In this document: positions 47,122 to 57,199 of the stretch, one piece after another | Numbering within the stretch: position 1 is the first letter of the stretch | Layout: each line of letters begins with the position of its first letter | NCBI GenBank assembly: GCA_963848295.1 | Contig: CAWKDB010000010.1 | Span: 3,648,001-3,712,000 of the forward strand | DNA from: an uncultured delta proteobacterium | GTDB taxonomy: Bacteria > Myxococcota_A > Polyangia > Haliangiales > Haliangiaceae | DNA length: 64,000 nt | Reading direction: 5' to 3' | Made by a program: the position numbers and the translations under genes | Notes under the pieces: model-generated | Told to the model about the DNA's origin: nothing | Databases searched by the model: none | Seen by the model: only the letters and a program-made list of their open reading frames with translations

Positions 47122-47601
47122 ATGGCGCTGGACCTGATCGCCGAGCTCGAAGCCGTCGTGGACACGTTCGAGCGCGTCGGCATCGAATACGCCCTGTGCG
47201 GCGGGCTGGCGCTCGCGCTTCACGGGCATCCGCGTGCCACGATGGACATCGACGTGCTGATGCCCCAGGCCGAGCTTGCAGGCGCGCTACAGGCCGCACG
47301 AGCTCTCGGGTTCGACGTTCCAGCGCGCAAGATGGTGTTCGGCCTCCGCACCGGAGCTCCACGCGAAGTGCATCGCGTCTCGAAGCTGGATCCGAGCACG
47401 AACCAGCTCATGTCGTTGGACCTGCTGGTCGTAGGTCCTGGCCTGGAGACGGTATGGACAGGGCGGGTCGACTTGATGATCGGCAACCGCAAGATGGTGG
47501 TCGTGTCGCGCGACGGACTTGCTACGATGAAGAGGATCGCTGGACGTCCGCAGGATCTGGCCGACCTCGCCGCCCTCGAAGGCACTGATGAAGACGAATA
47601 A
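47122..47601 (+). CDS. Pol-beta-superfamily nucleotidyltransferase (minimal/AbiEii-like)
   Basis: YALCGGLALALHGHPRATMDIDV (G-G...DxD) and C-terminal MKRIAGRPQDLADL. Confidence 0.85.
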   Translation: MALDLIAELEAVVDTFERVGIEYALCGGLALALHGHPRATMDIDVLMPQAELAGALQAARALGFDVPARKMVFGLRTGAPREVHRVSKLDPSTNQLMSLDLLVVGPGLETVWTGRVDLMIGNRKMVVVSRDGLATMKRIAGRPQDLADLAALEGTDEDE

Positions 47602-47737
47602 ACCTGGCCCGCTCGACGCCTCGCCGGAGGTGCTGGCGGCTCGGCTCGAGCAGGTCCGTGCCCTGTACAAGCTCATGACCTATCTCGGACAGGCGCGAGC
47701 GCTCGATCCCGCCGAGCCGCGCCGAACGCCCCGCTGA
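47588..47737 (+). CDS. 49-aa helical protein, putative partner of the nucleotidyltransferase
   Basis: MKTNKPGPLDASPEVLAARLEQVRALYKLMTYLGQARALDPAEPRRTPR; overlaps the upstream gene by 14 nt; too short for the ORF track. Confidence 0.6.
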   Translation: MKTNKPGPLDASPEVLAARLEQVRALYKLMTYLGQARALDPAEPRRTPR

Positions 47738-47745
47738 GGGTCCAG

Positions 47746-49602
47746 CTACTGGATCTGCGCGGGCAGCGTCCAGTACGGGCTGATGTTGTCGGCCTGGGTG
47801 TCCTGACCCGGTAACCACATCGGCTGGAAGCTCGGATCGTTCGGCGTGCCGCCGCCCATCAGGGCCGCTTTGCTGATCGCGCTGATCCAGATCTGCTTGC
47901 ACTGCAAGACGCCGTTGGCGATGCAGACCGGGTTCGTGTGGCTCGCGGTGACTTCGTGGCCGTAGTTGCGCTCGCTCGAGAACACGATCCAGTAGTAGTC
48001 GCTGGTCTGGCCAGGCGCCCAGTGCGCCCACGTGATGTTGGCGTCGCCGTTGCCGCCGTTGAGGTTCGTCAGGTCGATAGCCCACGCACCGGTCGGAGTC
48101 GTCAGCATCATGCGTTGCCCCGGGGTCTTGCCCTGGCCAGCATTCAAGTCTCGCCAGGCGGCGCGGGCCGCGTTGAAGACGACGAATTGGCCGTCCGGCG
48201 AGAAGCTCGGGAAGAAGAAGCTGTCGTAGACGCCACCGGGGAGCGTGATCGGATTACTGACGATGAAGTTGGGCTCGCCGAACGTGTGCGTGCCGCCGCT
48301 GTAGGAGTAGCTCATGGTCGCGATCGTGCTGTTGCTGATGTCGACCGCTTGGTTCACGTTGGGCGTCGACGCGAACACGACGGTGTTGCCATCGGCCGAC
48401 CAGTCCGGCATCAAAGCCGAACGGTTCGGCGAGCCCGGGCCGTGGTTCGACACCGTCGCGATGTTCGACGGGATCTCGACGCCGGTGTCCGGGTCGTAGA
48501 GGTCGAGCGTGGCGTTCATGTGCGTGACGATCGCGACCGACTGCGAGTCGTCGGGGAACGGATTGCCGATCGGCGAGAACGTCGTGTAGGTACCGTTGAT
48601 CTTCTCGTTATCGGCGTCGATCACTTCGTCCCACGCCGAGGTCATCGGGTTGTAGTGCATGAAGCCGACCCACTCGCCGTTGCAGTTGTTCGCGACGCAG
48701 CGGCTGTAGCCGAGCCGAGTGCCCGCCCGCGACAGCGAGTGACATGCGGTGCAGTTCGCGATCAAGACGTCCGGCGCGGCAGTCGAGCCGAACGTCTGGC
48801 TGATGATGCTGCCCTCTGACGACGCCCACCAATAGATGGCCGTCTGATCGATCGTGTCGTGCGACACGCCGATCGTCACCGGCGTGCTCGCGTACTTCGT
48901 CGTCGGCGCTGCTTGGACGAGACCTTCGACCACGAATTGCAAGTGATCGCCCGCCGCGGTGTTCGCGATGTCGGCCCAATGCACCGTGTCGATCGTCGCT
49001 TGCGGGTCGCTGGTGTAGACGTCGATCGCCGCGAACGTCGAGGTGATCGCGATGTGGAACAAGTCGTCACCCGAGGTCACCCACTGGACCTCGATCGGCG
49101 GCAGGTTGAGCGGCGTCACCGCTTGATCGACCGGGTACTCGATCACCGGGCTCTGTGCGCCGGCTGCGCCGAGCGTCGCGGCGCCGAAAATATCCGCGGC
49201 GTTCGCCGGCGTGCTCGCACCGACGACCAGCGTGCCGGTCAGGTTGACCGCCAGCTCCGCCGTGCCAGTCTCGCCGCCGCAGCTCGCGGTGACTTGCGTC
49301 TTGCCGCCTCGCGATTGCACGGTGACGACCGGGCCGGTCGTCGACCCGAAGCTCGGATCGATCGCGAGCGCGCACGCGGACGTGATGTCGGTCCGATCCG
49401 TCCCGGTGACGCCGAACACCTGGTAGGCCTGAGTCGCGGTGCCGTCGAGCGGGATCGTGAGGTTGGCGAACGGTGGCTCGACATCGATCGAGCCGTACGT
49501 GAACCCGCCGTCGCCGTCGCCGTCGCCCTCGTGGTTTCCACAGGCCGCGGCCGCGAAGCACGCGCCTGCGTAGAAAATTGCCGCGGCGATGCGCTTGCCC
49601 AT
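47746..49602 (-). CDS. TolB-like beta-propeller lipoprotein
   Basis: Lipobox AAAC; PD40-like motifs PDWSADGNTVVF and PSFSPDGQFVVF; WIVFSSERNYG; one CTACH. Confidence 0.85.
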   Translation of the reverse strand: MGKRIAAAIFYAGACFAAAACGNHEGDGDGDGGFTYGSIDVEPPFANLTIPLDGTATQAYQVFGVTGTDRTDITSACALAIDPSFGSTTGPVVTVQSRGGKTQVTASCGGETGTAELAVNLTGTLVVGASTPANAADIFGAATLGAAGAQSPVIEYPVDQAVTPLNLPPIEVQWVTSGDDLFHIAITSTFAAIDVYTSDPQATIDTVHWADIANTAAGDHLQFVVEGLVQAAPTTKYASTPVTIGVSHDTIDQTAIYWWASSEGSIISQTFGSTAAPDVLIANCTACHSLSRAGTRLGYSRCVANNCNGEWVGFMHYNPMTSAWDEVIDADNEKINGTYTTFSPIGNPFPDDSQSVAIVTHMNATLDLYDPDTGVEIPSNIATVSNHGPGSPNRSALMPDWSADGNTVVFASTPNVNQAVDISNSTIATMSYSYSGGTHTFGEPNFIVSNPITLPGGVYDSFFFPSFSPDGQFVVFNAARAAWRDLNAGQGKTPGQRMMLTTPTGAWAIDLTNLNGGNGDANITWAHWAPGQTSDYYWIVFSSERNYGHEVTASHTNPVCIANGVLQCKQIWISAISKAALMGGGTPNDPSFQPMWLPGQDTQADNISPYWTLPAQIQ

Positions 49603-49773
49603 CCAACCCACGATACAGCGGACCGCTCGATCCGTCAGCTTCTCGCCGGGCACCGGCCGATCGAGCGTGATCGGCTCTTGCCCACACGTCGGTTTCCGCC
49701 GCTCCCGACCGCCGGGTTTCCTTGGGTTGCCGCGTATTTGCGTTCGCCCACGCCGGCACCGTATAAATCCACG

Positions 49774-50355
49774 ATGCCGGAGCGCGAGCCCGCGGTGCTG
49801 ACGACCGATGTCGAGACGCCGAGGCCCGTTGCCCCGGGCGTAGAGCGGCCGATCCAAGCGCCGGCGCGTCCCTCCCAACGTCCGGTGCCGACCGTGCGCG
49901 TCGTCGGGTTCTGGAAGCGCGCACTCGCCGCGGCGATCGATCTCGCGATCGTCCTGCCGGTCGCGCTGATCGTCACGCTACTGGCGAGCAAGATCCTGGG
50001 CATCCACTCGCCGGCGTCCCGACCTCACTTATTCGATATCGATCTGTGGATCGATCTCGTGCTCGCGACCGACCCAGCGTTGATGATGGGGCTCGTGTTG
50101 GTCGCGGCCGTCGGCATGACGTACTTGCTGGTCTCGCACATCGTGCTCGGCCAGACGCTCGGCATGCGGCTACTGAAGATGAAGATCATCGACGTCTACG
50201 GCGAGCGCCCCTCGCCGCAGCGCTGCATCGTGCGCTGCGCCAGCTACCTCGCCGGGTTCGCGACCTTGTTCCTCGGCTTCTTGTGGATCGGCTTCGACAG
50301 CGAGAAGCGCGGGCTTCAAGATTGGATCGCCGGTACCTACGTGATCCGAACATGA
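49774..50355 (+). CDS. RDD-family membrane protein
   Basis: GFWKRALAAAID, GQTLGM, LQDWIAGTYV. Confidence 0.9.
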   Translation: MPEREPAVLTTDVETPRPVAPGVERPIQAPARPSQRPVPTVRVVGFWKRALAAAIDLAIVLPVALIVTLLASKILGIHSPASRPHLFDIDLWIDLVLATDPALMMGLVLVAAVGMTYLLVSHIVLGQTLGMRLLKMKIIDVYGERPSPQRCIVRCASYLAGFATLFLGFLWIGFDSEKRGLQDWIAGTYVIRT

Positions 50356-50362
50356 GACGGCG

Positions 50363-52841
50363 ATGCCCTCCCGCCTGAGCTCGCTGCTGGTGCGCGACGG
50401 TCTCGTCGGCGTCAAGCGCATGGAGAAGGCGTTCCAACGCCAGGTGATCTACGGAGGCAGCCTCGACACGATCTTGCTCGAGATGAACCTGATCCCCGAG
50501 GAGCGGCTCACGCAGTACCTCGCGCTCGCCTCGGGCCTGCCGCCGGCGGCGCGCGATGAGGCCAAGACGATCCAGGCCGAGGCGACGGCGCTGGTCGAGC
50601 GCGAGCTCGCGGAGCAGTTTCGCGCGATCCCGGTCGCGATCGCGGGCCCTGCGGTGCGCGTGATCGTCTGTGCGCCGCTCGAGCTGACCGAGCTCGAGGA
50701 CCTGGCCGACTTGCTCGATCGCCCGCTGCAACCGCTGATCGCGCCGGAGTATCGATGGCACCTCGTGCTCGGCGCCGCGTACGGGCTCGAGCCGCCCGCG
50801 CGGTTCACGACGCTCGCGCGCCACCTCGAGGCCGACGCGACGCTGACGCCGGTCGGCCGCGCGCGCTCGGTGATCGTCGAGAGCTCGCCGCCCGCGAACC
50901 GTACGCAGTCGCCGGCCGGGCCCATGGCGCCACCGATCCCGCTACAAGTCGTAGCGCCGCCGCAACGCGACCCACTCGCACCCCTCGCGGTCGACGATCA
51001 CACGATGAAGATGGTCGCGACCCTCGAGGTCATGCCGGACGACGCCCGCCAGCGCACGAACACGCTGATCGGGATCAATCCCAATCGCGCCGCGACCGAG
51101 AGCGGCTCCGGCGTGCCGACGGCGCGCCCACCGGCGGCGATCGCGACGCCGAGCACCGGCATCCCGCGCCAGATCGTCGACGAATCCAGCACCGGGCCGA
51201 AGCGGCCGCGCAGAACGAGCGCGAAGGTCGCCAAGCGCGGCGCCTCGGCACCGATCGCCACCGAAGGGCGCGATAGCCCGCTCGCGTTCGTGCGCGCGAG
51301 AGATCCTCGCGACCGCCGACGATCGCGATACGGTGTTCATCACGCTGTTGCGCGCGGCGCGCTCGCGATCGCGCTGGGCCGGCTTGCTCACCGTGCAAGG
51401 GGGCGCCGCGATCGGTCGGGTCGCGCTCGCCGAGGCCGGGATCGATGTCTCTTCGATCAATCGCGTGCTGATCCCGCTCGACGGGGTCTCGCCGTTTCGG
51501 ACCGTCGTCAACAACCAGCAGCCACACATCGGCGCGTTGGTGTCGGGCGATCCGAGCATCGATTCGATGGTGTTGCGGATGGGCGGCACGATGCCGCCGT
51601 CGGGCCTGATCATGCCGATCGTGCTGCGCGATCGCGTCGTCGCCCTGGTCGTGGCGCATCGCGTTCACAGCGATCTGCGGATCGCCGATGTCACCGAGCT
51701 CCTGCCGCTCGCGAGCGCCTCGGCCGATGCGCTCGGCCGGCTGATCGTCAAGCACAAGTCGGCGGGGTATCGCACCGCAGGTGAAGTGCCCGTCGTCGAG
51801 ATCGAAGCCGAGATGATCGACACGAAGCCGGTGCGGCGCGCCGAGGCCGAGTGGAGCGCGCCGGACAACGTCGAGCAGCCGCCGCTGCCGTCGTTCGACG
51901 ACGACCCCGAGGTCGAGATCACGACCGAGCCCGCGCGATCGATCGAAGACGTGATCTCGGACATCGACGCTGCGAAAGAGGGCGAGGCCGACGCCGACAT
52001 CGCCGAAGCCGTCGAGCGCGCGGGCGAGACCCTGCGCGTGCTCGCGCGAAAGTTCCCCGGCAAGCTGCGCGTCGACCGCTTCGCGGTCATCGGCCGGCCG
52101 CTGCGCGCGATGCAATACGGCGGCATGCTCGAGCTCGTCGTCCGGCTCGGTGGCGCGGCGTCCGATCTACTGATCGAGAAGATGGCGGCACCGCAACGCG
52201 ACATCCGGTTCTACGCGACGGTGTGTGCCGCCGAGCTCAGGCCGCGCAACGCGGTGTTCGCGCTCGTCGAGCGCGTGTTCGATCAGGACTTCGGCGTGCG
52301 CGCCTCGGCGATCGAAGCACTCGCCGGTTATCCGGTGCAGGAGCTCGGCCAGGCGCTCGCACGGGCGAGGCGCGCGGTGCACTCGACCGATCCCGAAGTC
52401 GTCGCGGCCGCGACCTCGGCGCTCGTCGCACTCGGCGATGTCGAGGCGATCCCCGATCTCATGGGCGGCGTCGAGCGCAGCGATCGCGGCGGCGAGCACA
52501 CGCGCAAAGCGCTGATCGCGTTGACCGCGCAAGACTTCGGCCCGCACGAGCGCAAGTGGCAGAAGTGGTACGAGGGCGCGCGGCGCCGTCACCGCGTCGA
52601 GTGGCTGATCGAAGGCCTGAGCCACAAAGAGGATGCGATCCGCGAAGGCGCGATCAACGATCTGCGGCGACTCACCGGCGAGTATTTCGGCTACCACCAC
52701 GACCTGCCGCGGCGCGAGCGCGAGATCTCCGCCGAGCGCTGGGGCCGGTGGTGGCGCGAGTCGGGGCAGCGCCGGTTCGAGCATCGCGAGGACGAGCGCC
52801 ATCGCCCGACCGCGATCTTGCCATCGCGGAATCACGACTAG
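50363..52841 (+). pseudogene. FrgA-like protein (GspE-N-like, GAF-like and HEAT regions) with a frameshift near 51300
   Basis: N-terminus PSRLSSLLVRDG...GGSLDTILLE. Coding frame switches at GTGCGCGCGAGAGATC (51290-51305) into EILATADDRDTVF. May be an assembly artefact. Confidence 0.75.
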
Positions 52842-52857
52842 CGCGGCGCCTGACGGA

Positions 52858-54069
52858 ATGAGAGCTGCAATCGCAATCTCGGTGCTCCTGATCGCATGCC
52901 ACGGCGATGCGGACGCGAAGCAGGAGGCGGCCGCGAGTCGGCGCGTCCAGCTCGTCTATGACATCGATCTCGACCTCGTGGTCAACGACTTGGCCGCAGA
53001 GGCGCGGCGCGATCTCGCAGCCGATCTCGGTGCGTCCGCGAAGTCGATCGCGATCTCCGCGACCGGCGAGGTCGAGGTCACGCCGAGCGATCCGACGAAG
53101 CAACTCGAGATCCACGACGAGATCGAACGCTCGTACCGCGACCAGGCCACGTGGCGCACGTGTGACCGGAGCGCGGTCGCGTTGTGCTTCGAGATGTCGG
53201 ACTCGGTCGTGACCGCCGCGAAGAGAGCCGCGCTCGCCCGGGCGGTGACGACCATCCAGAAGCGGCTGGTGGCGAGCAAGCTGGACGGCGTGACCGTGAT
53301 CGCGAAAGGGCAGCAGATCGTCGTCGAGCTACCGGTGGTCGAGGCTGCGGTGCTCGAAGGGATGCGATCGATGATCGCGAAGAAGGGCGGGGTCGAGCTC
53401 AAGGTCGTCGACGATGGCTCGGACTACATGCGGCGCTTGTTCGCTCACGTCGCCGGCGATCCGCAGACCGGAGCCGCGGCCGATCGGTCGGCGACTGCCG
53501 CGGGGGTCCGTGCCGAGGTCGAGACGTGGAGCCCGGACATCGGGCCGTCCCACACCGACTACTATCTGGTCGCCGGCGACAAGCGCGCGATCGAGCGCTA
53601 CGTCGCGGAGCTCGGTGCGGCCGACCCGACGTTCGAGGTCCCCGATGATCGCGAGCTCGGATACGAGCGGATCGAGCCGAAGAAACCGGGCGATCCGGTC
53701 AAGGTGCGCAGCTACTATCTCGAGCGCGCGGCATCGCTGGACGGGAGCGCGATCGCGAAGGCGCAGGTCGCGTTCGATCCGGTCACCAATCGACCGACCG
53801 TCTCGGTCGAGCTCGGGCGCAAGGGCGCGCGTGACTTCGCCGAGCTCACGACGCGGATCGCGGGAAAGAAGCTCGCGACGGTGGTCGATGGCATGGTCGC
53901 GAGCGCTCCGGTCGTCATGGGCCCGATCCGCGGTGGTCGCCTATCGATCACGATGGGCGGAGCGGATCCGGCCGCGATGCAGCGAGCGGCGACCGATCTC
54001 GTGGCCGTGCTCGAGAGCGGCGCGTTGCCGGCGCCGCTGCGGCTCGCTTCGCAGCGCCTCGTGCCCTGA
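52858..54069 (+). CDS. SecD periplasmic (P1) domain-only lipoprotein
   Basis: Lipobox LIAC; QLVY, IVVELP, KLATVVDGMVASAP, LESGALPAPL; ends where the SecD TM helices would begin. Confidence 0.8.
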   Translation: MRAAIAISVLLIACHGDADAKQEAAASRRVQLVYDIDLDLVVNDLAAEARRDLAADLGASAKSIAISATGEVEVTPSDPTKQLEIHDEIERSYRDQATWRTCDRSAVALCFEMSDSVVTAAKRAALARAVTTIQKRLVASKLDGVTVIAKGQQIVVELPVVEAAVLEGMRSMIAKKGGVELKVVDDGSDYMRRLFAHVAGDPQTGAAADRSATAAGVRAEVETWSPDIGPSHTDYYLVAGDKRAIERYVAELGAADPTFEVPDDRELGYERIEPKKPGDPVKVRSYYLERAASLDGSAIAKAQVAFDPVTNRPTVSVELGRKGARDFAELTTRIAGKKLATVVDGMVASAPVVMGPIRGGRLSITMGGADPAAMQRAATDLVAVLESGALPAPLRLASQRLVP

Positions 54070-54071
54070 GC

Positions 54072-54416
54072 TCAGCGCTTCGCGATCGTGATCGCGTTCT
54101 CCGGGCACGCGACGACGCACATCCCGCACGCGTGGCACGCATCGGCGTTTGGCGTGTACGCGGTCTTCTTGCCGTGCGCGCGACTCTTGAGCTTGCCGAT
54201 CAGCGATAACTTCGCGTAGTCGGCGTCGGCGATCCGGCCGACCTCGAACACGTGGTACGGACACACCGCGACGCAATCGGCCTTGCCCTCGCACTTGTTG
54301 CGATCGACGACGACCTGCCAGCTGCCCGGTTCGGCGCGGCAGTCGTCCCCAGGGCGTGCCGGGTCGCGTGCGGCGCGGCGTGCTTTGTCGGGGTCGAGCG
54401 AGTCGGGTTGCGCCAT
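54072..54416 (-). CDS. Dicluster-type ferredoxin
   Basis: CEGKADCVAVCP and CHACGMCVVACP. Confidence 0.88.
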   Translation of the reverse strand: MAQPDSLDPDKARRAARDPARPGDDCRAEPGSWQVVVDRNKCEGKADCVAVCPYHVFEVGRIADADYAKLSLIGKLKSRAHGKKTAYTPNADACHACGMCVVACPENAITIAKR

Positions 54417-54473
54417 GCCACCGAGCGTGCCCCACGGGACGTGCACCGAGTGTTGCGCGATCGCGAAGTTTCC

Positions 54474-55397
54474 TTACTTCAGCGCGGTGACGGCCGGGGC
54501 GGGCTCGGCAGCTTCGGGACGATCGAGGATCAGCGAGCTCATCGCGCCGCCGTTGTTGGCGCGCACGTACGCCACGAACGTGAAGTGGTTCACGCCGGGA
54601 TGCTTGGGCTCGACGTGGTAGATGAACAAGCGCTCGGCGCCGGGAGCGAGAGCGTCGTTATCCGCGTCATCGGAGTCGGTCGCGTCGGGCTGCGCGATCT
54701 GTCCGATGCTGTAAGCGGGGTCGGTGTCGTTCGTGAGCTGCGGCACCAGATCGAGGCCTTCCATGCCGAACAGCCGCTGGCCGACATCGGGGTAGAGGTT
54801 CGACAGCGGCTTCTTCGTCGTGTTCTTGATCCGCAACGCCACGGTGAACGGGCCCTCGCTCGGGATCGACGCGGGCGGCTCGAGCGTGGCGTTGAACGAG
54901 TTGCCGCTCCAAGTCGCCAGCCCGATCACCGCGGCCGCGTTGTCGTCCTTGTGATGGCCGTGCTGGCTGACGTGAAAGTCGATCCACTCGAGGTTGCCGA
55001 GCGGCGCCGCGTGCTTGCCGAGCTTGAAGCTAGCGATCGCCGGCGGGCCGCCGCCTGGTTGCGCGTGCAGCTTGATCGTCTTGTCGCCGACGTGCATCGG
55101 CGGGTTCTGGACGCGTTCGCCGCCGTAGCCCATGTCTTGCAGCGCCGTGACGTCGACGGTGACATCGTGCGCGGTGTCGGCGGTCGCGACCAAGGTCACC
55201 GTCGCGGTGTCGCCAGAGCGCATCGCACCGCGGTCGAGATCGACGGTGACCGTGGCGTCGTCGAGCTCGAGGGTTTGGCGCTCGGGGCGCAACGCGGGGC
55301 CGTCGGACTGGATGTCCGCATCGAGCGCGCGCCATCCAGCGGGCACCGCGATCGCGACGGTGACGAGGAACGCGCTCAGCGCGATATGCCGGGACAT
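54474..55397 (-). CDS. Hypothetical secreted beta-rich protein
   Basis: Hydrophobic N-terminus; gene-like codon usage; co-oriented with neighbours. Confidence 0.7.
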   Translation of the reverse strand: MSRHIALSAFLVTVAIAVPAGWRALDADIQSDGPALRPERQTLELDDATVTVDLDRGAMRSGDTATVTLVATADTAHDVTVDVTALQDMGYGGERVQNPPMHVGDKTIKLHAQPGGGPPAIASFKLGKHAAPLGNLEWIDFHVSQHGHHKDDNAAAVIGLATWSGNSFNATLEPPASIPSEGPFTVALRIKNTTKKPLSNLYPDVGQRLFGMEGLDLVPQLTNDTDPAYSIGQIAQPDATDSDDADNDALAPGAERLFIYHVEPKHPGVNHFTFVAYVRANNGGAMSSLILDRPEAAEPAPAVTALK

Positions 55398-55424
55398 GGC
55401 CGGGCAACGCGCGACGATCGGCGG

Positions 55425-56546
55425 CTATTGCGCGAACCGAGCGAGCACGTTCACCAGGCAGCCAAGTGAGCCGTTCAACCGGAAGATCGGCGAGACATCG
55501 ATCGGATGAACCTCGAAGCCCTGGGCCTCGTAGAACTGGATCGCGGCGGCGTCGAGCGCGGGCAGCGCGTAGGTCGGGAGATAGACGACACGCCGGTCAC
55601 CGTGGCGATCGAACAGCGCGTTCGTATACGTGACGAACGAGCCGCCGCCCGCGAGGACGAGCGCCGGCACGCGCACGACGTGGAAGCCGCGCGCGGCGAG
55701 GAGCGCGGCGGCGTGATCGAACCTCCGCGCTTGCAAATCGACATCGTCGAGCGCGAGCTCGGGCGGCGGTGTGCCGAGCAGGCGCATGCCCGCGCGCACG
55801 TCGCCGACGGCGATCGTGTGGTCGTCGAGCGGCATCATGTACATCATGATGTGGTGGCGCGGCACATCGCCGACCTCATCGCCGAGCCACACGATCTCTT
55901 GCGCGAATCGACGGTGGAGCTCGCGCTCGAGCGACGCGCGATCGGCGTCACCGCGACCGGCGTTGCGCGCGGTCAGGTTGACGTCGGCGAAGACGTAGCG
56001 CGGCGTCGCAGCGAGGTCGCCGCCTTCGAACGCGATGTTCGCGATGAGCGGCTCGTGGCCGTAGAGCGCGCGTGCGATCGCGTACGGCGATTCGGCGTCG
56101 CCGGCGCGCGAGGCGAACGGCGTCTCGACTTTCGGCGGCGCGAGGATGTTGCCACCGCCGTCGTCGTCGACCAGCGCGGCGTAGCGGTCGCGCGACCACG
56201 TCGTGATCGGACGGCCGACGAGCACCGCGCGCAGCCGTTCGAGATGCGGAGTGCCGACCGCGCGCAGCTCCGCGAGCAAGCGCTGGAAGTCTCCGGCCGC
56301 GGCGACCTCGACGTCGACCTCGACCTGCGCCGGCAGCGCCGCGAACAGTTGGCGCCACACGCCGAGCGCGACCGGATCGGCACTCGGCGCGTAGTGAATC
56401 GCGATCCTGCGCAACGCCGTGCTCGGATCCTCGGCGACGAGCCGAGTCGAGACTCGCGCGTTGCCGCGCGCGAGCCCGACGAGGACGACGAACGCGGCGC
56501 TCGCGAGCAGGCCCGCGCCGACGCCGCCGAGGAGCTTGCGAAGCAC
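55425..56546 (-). CDS. Agmatine deiminase/amidinotransferase (pentein) superfamily protein
   Basis: WSRD, FEGGD, TYTN, terminal GSLGC; N-terminal TM/signal segment. Start uncertain (GTG 56546 chosen). Confidence 0.75.
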   Translation of the reverse strand: MLRKLLGGVGAGLLASAAFVVLVGLARGNARVSTRLVAEDPSTALRRIAIHYAPSADPVALGVWRQLFAALPAQVEVDVEVAAAGDFQRLLAELRAVGTPHLERLRAVLVGRPITTWSRDRYAALVDDDGGGNILAPPKVETPFASRAGDAESPYAIARALYGHEPLIANIAFEGGDLAATPRYVFADVNLTARNAGRGDADRASLERELHRRFAQEIVWLGDEVGDVPRHHIMMYMMPLDDHTIAVGDVRAGMRLLGTPPPELALDDVDLQARRFDHAAALLAARGFHVVRVPALVLAGGGSFVTYTNALFDRHGDRRVVYLPTYALPALDAAAIQFYEAQGFEVHPIDVSPIFRLNGSLGCLVNVLARFAQ

Positions 56547-56593
56547 GTCGAGGTAACGCCGGTGGGCTGCGCGGTATTCGTGGACGTGCACGT

Positions 56594-56801
56594 GATCAAG
56601 TGGAGGTGATTGTGCCGAACGCTGAAGTGGCAGATCCGCAGCCCGAGTTGGTTGAACGCCGAGACCTGCAGCGCCTTACGGATCGCGCGGTAGGCCGTCT
56701 CGGTGCGCAGCGCGGCGACCGCCGCGGCCACGCGCAGTGTGATGTGGAGCGGCTTGGTCGGATCGAGCTCGGCACGTCGCACGTGCGTGACACCGGCGCG
56801 C
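56594..56801 (-). pseudogene. RAYT-like transposase fragment
   Basis: 69 codons, 50/69 identical to the RAYT at 9361-10146; lacks the start and is cut just after the HLH motif. Confidence 0.88.
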
Positions 56802-56821
56802 GACCCCCGCTGCGTGCGCCG

Positions 56822-57157
56822 GCCTGTGGACGATGCCGCTCGCGCGGACAGCCGCTCGCGCCGCCGATCGAGGTCCTCGCCATCGACCGTCCGCGGCTGA
56901 GCTCGCTCACTTGGACGGCTGCGCCGCGATCGATCGCGATGAGCGCGACGCGATGGAGGTAGCGGCGCACCCGTCCACATCGCGCCACAGGCTCTGCCAC
57001 CAAGACCTCGTCTTCCATTCGTCGATCATTCAAATCGATCCATGGAACCACCATCGTGGCGTCAGGGGTTGTTCGGATTGTGAGCGACCGGGCGCGACGG
57101 ACACTTCGAGCGCAGTCGGGCACCGCCTAAGGTGAGTCCGCGCGTCACATCGAAGAT
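56822..57157 (+). ncRNA. Candidate structured non-coding element linked to RAYT (copy 2)
   Basis: Homologous to 10239-10561, with the same orientation relative to the RAYT and the same stems. Confidence 0.55.
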
Positions 57158-57199
57158 GTGACGAATCATGAGACGTGGACGTCCACGATCGGATCTCTC

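Noticed and set aside
47746..49602. Cytochrome c call from the single CTACH motif
   Set aside because: The motif sits within a Cys-rich TolB-like propeller protein with no cytochrome fold evident; heme binding is unsupported though not excluded.
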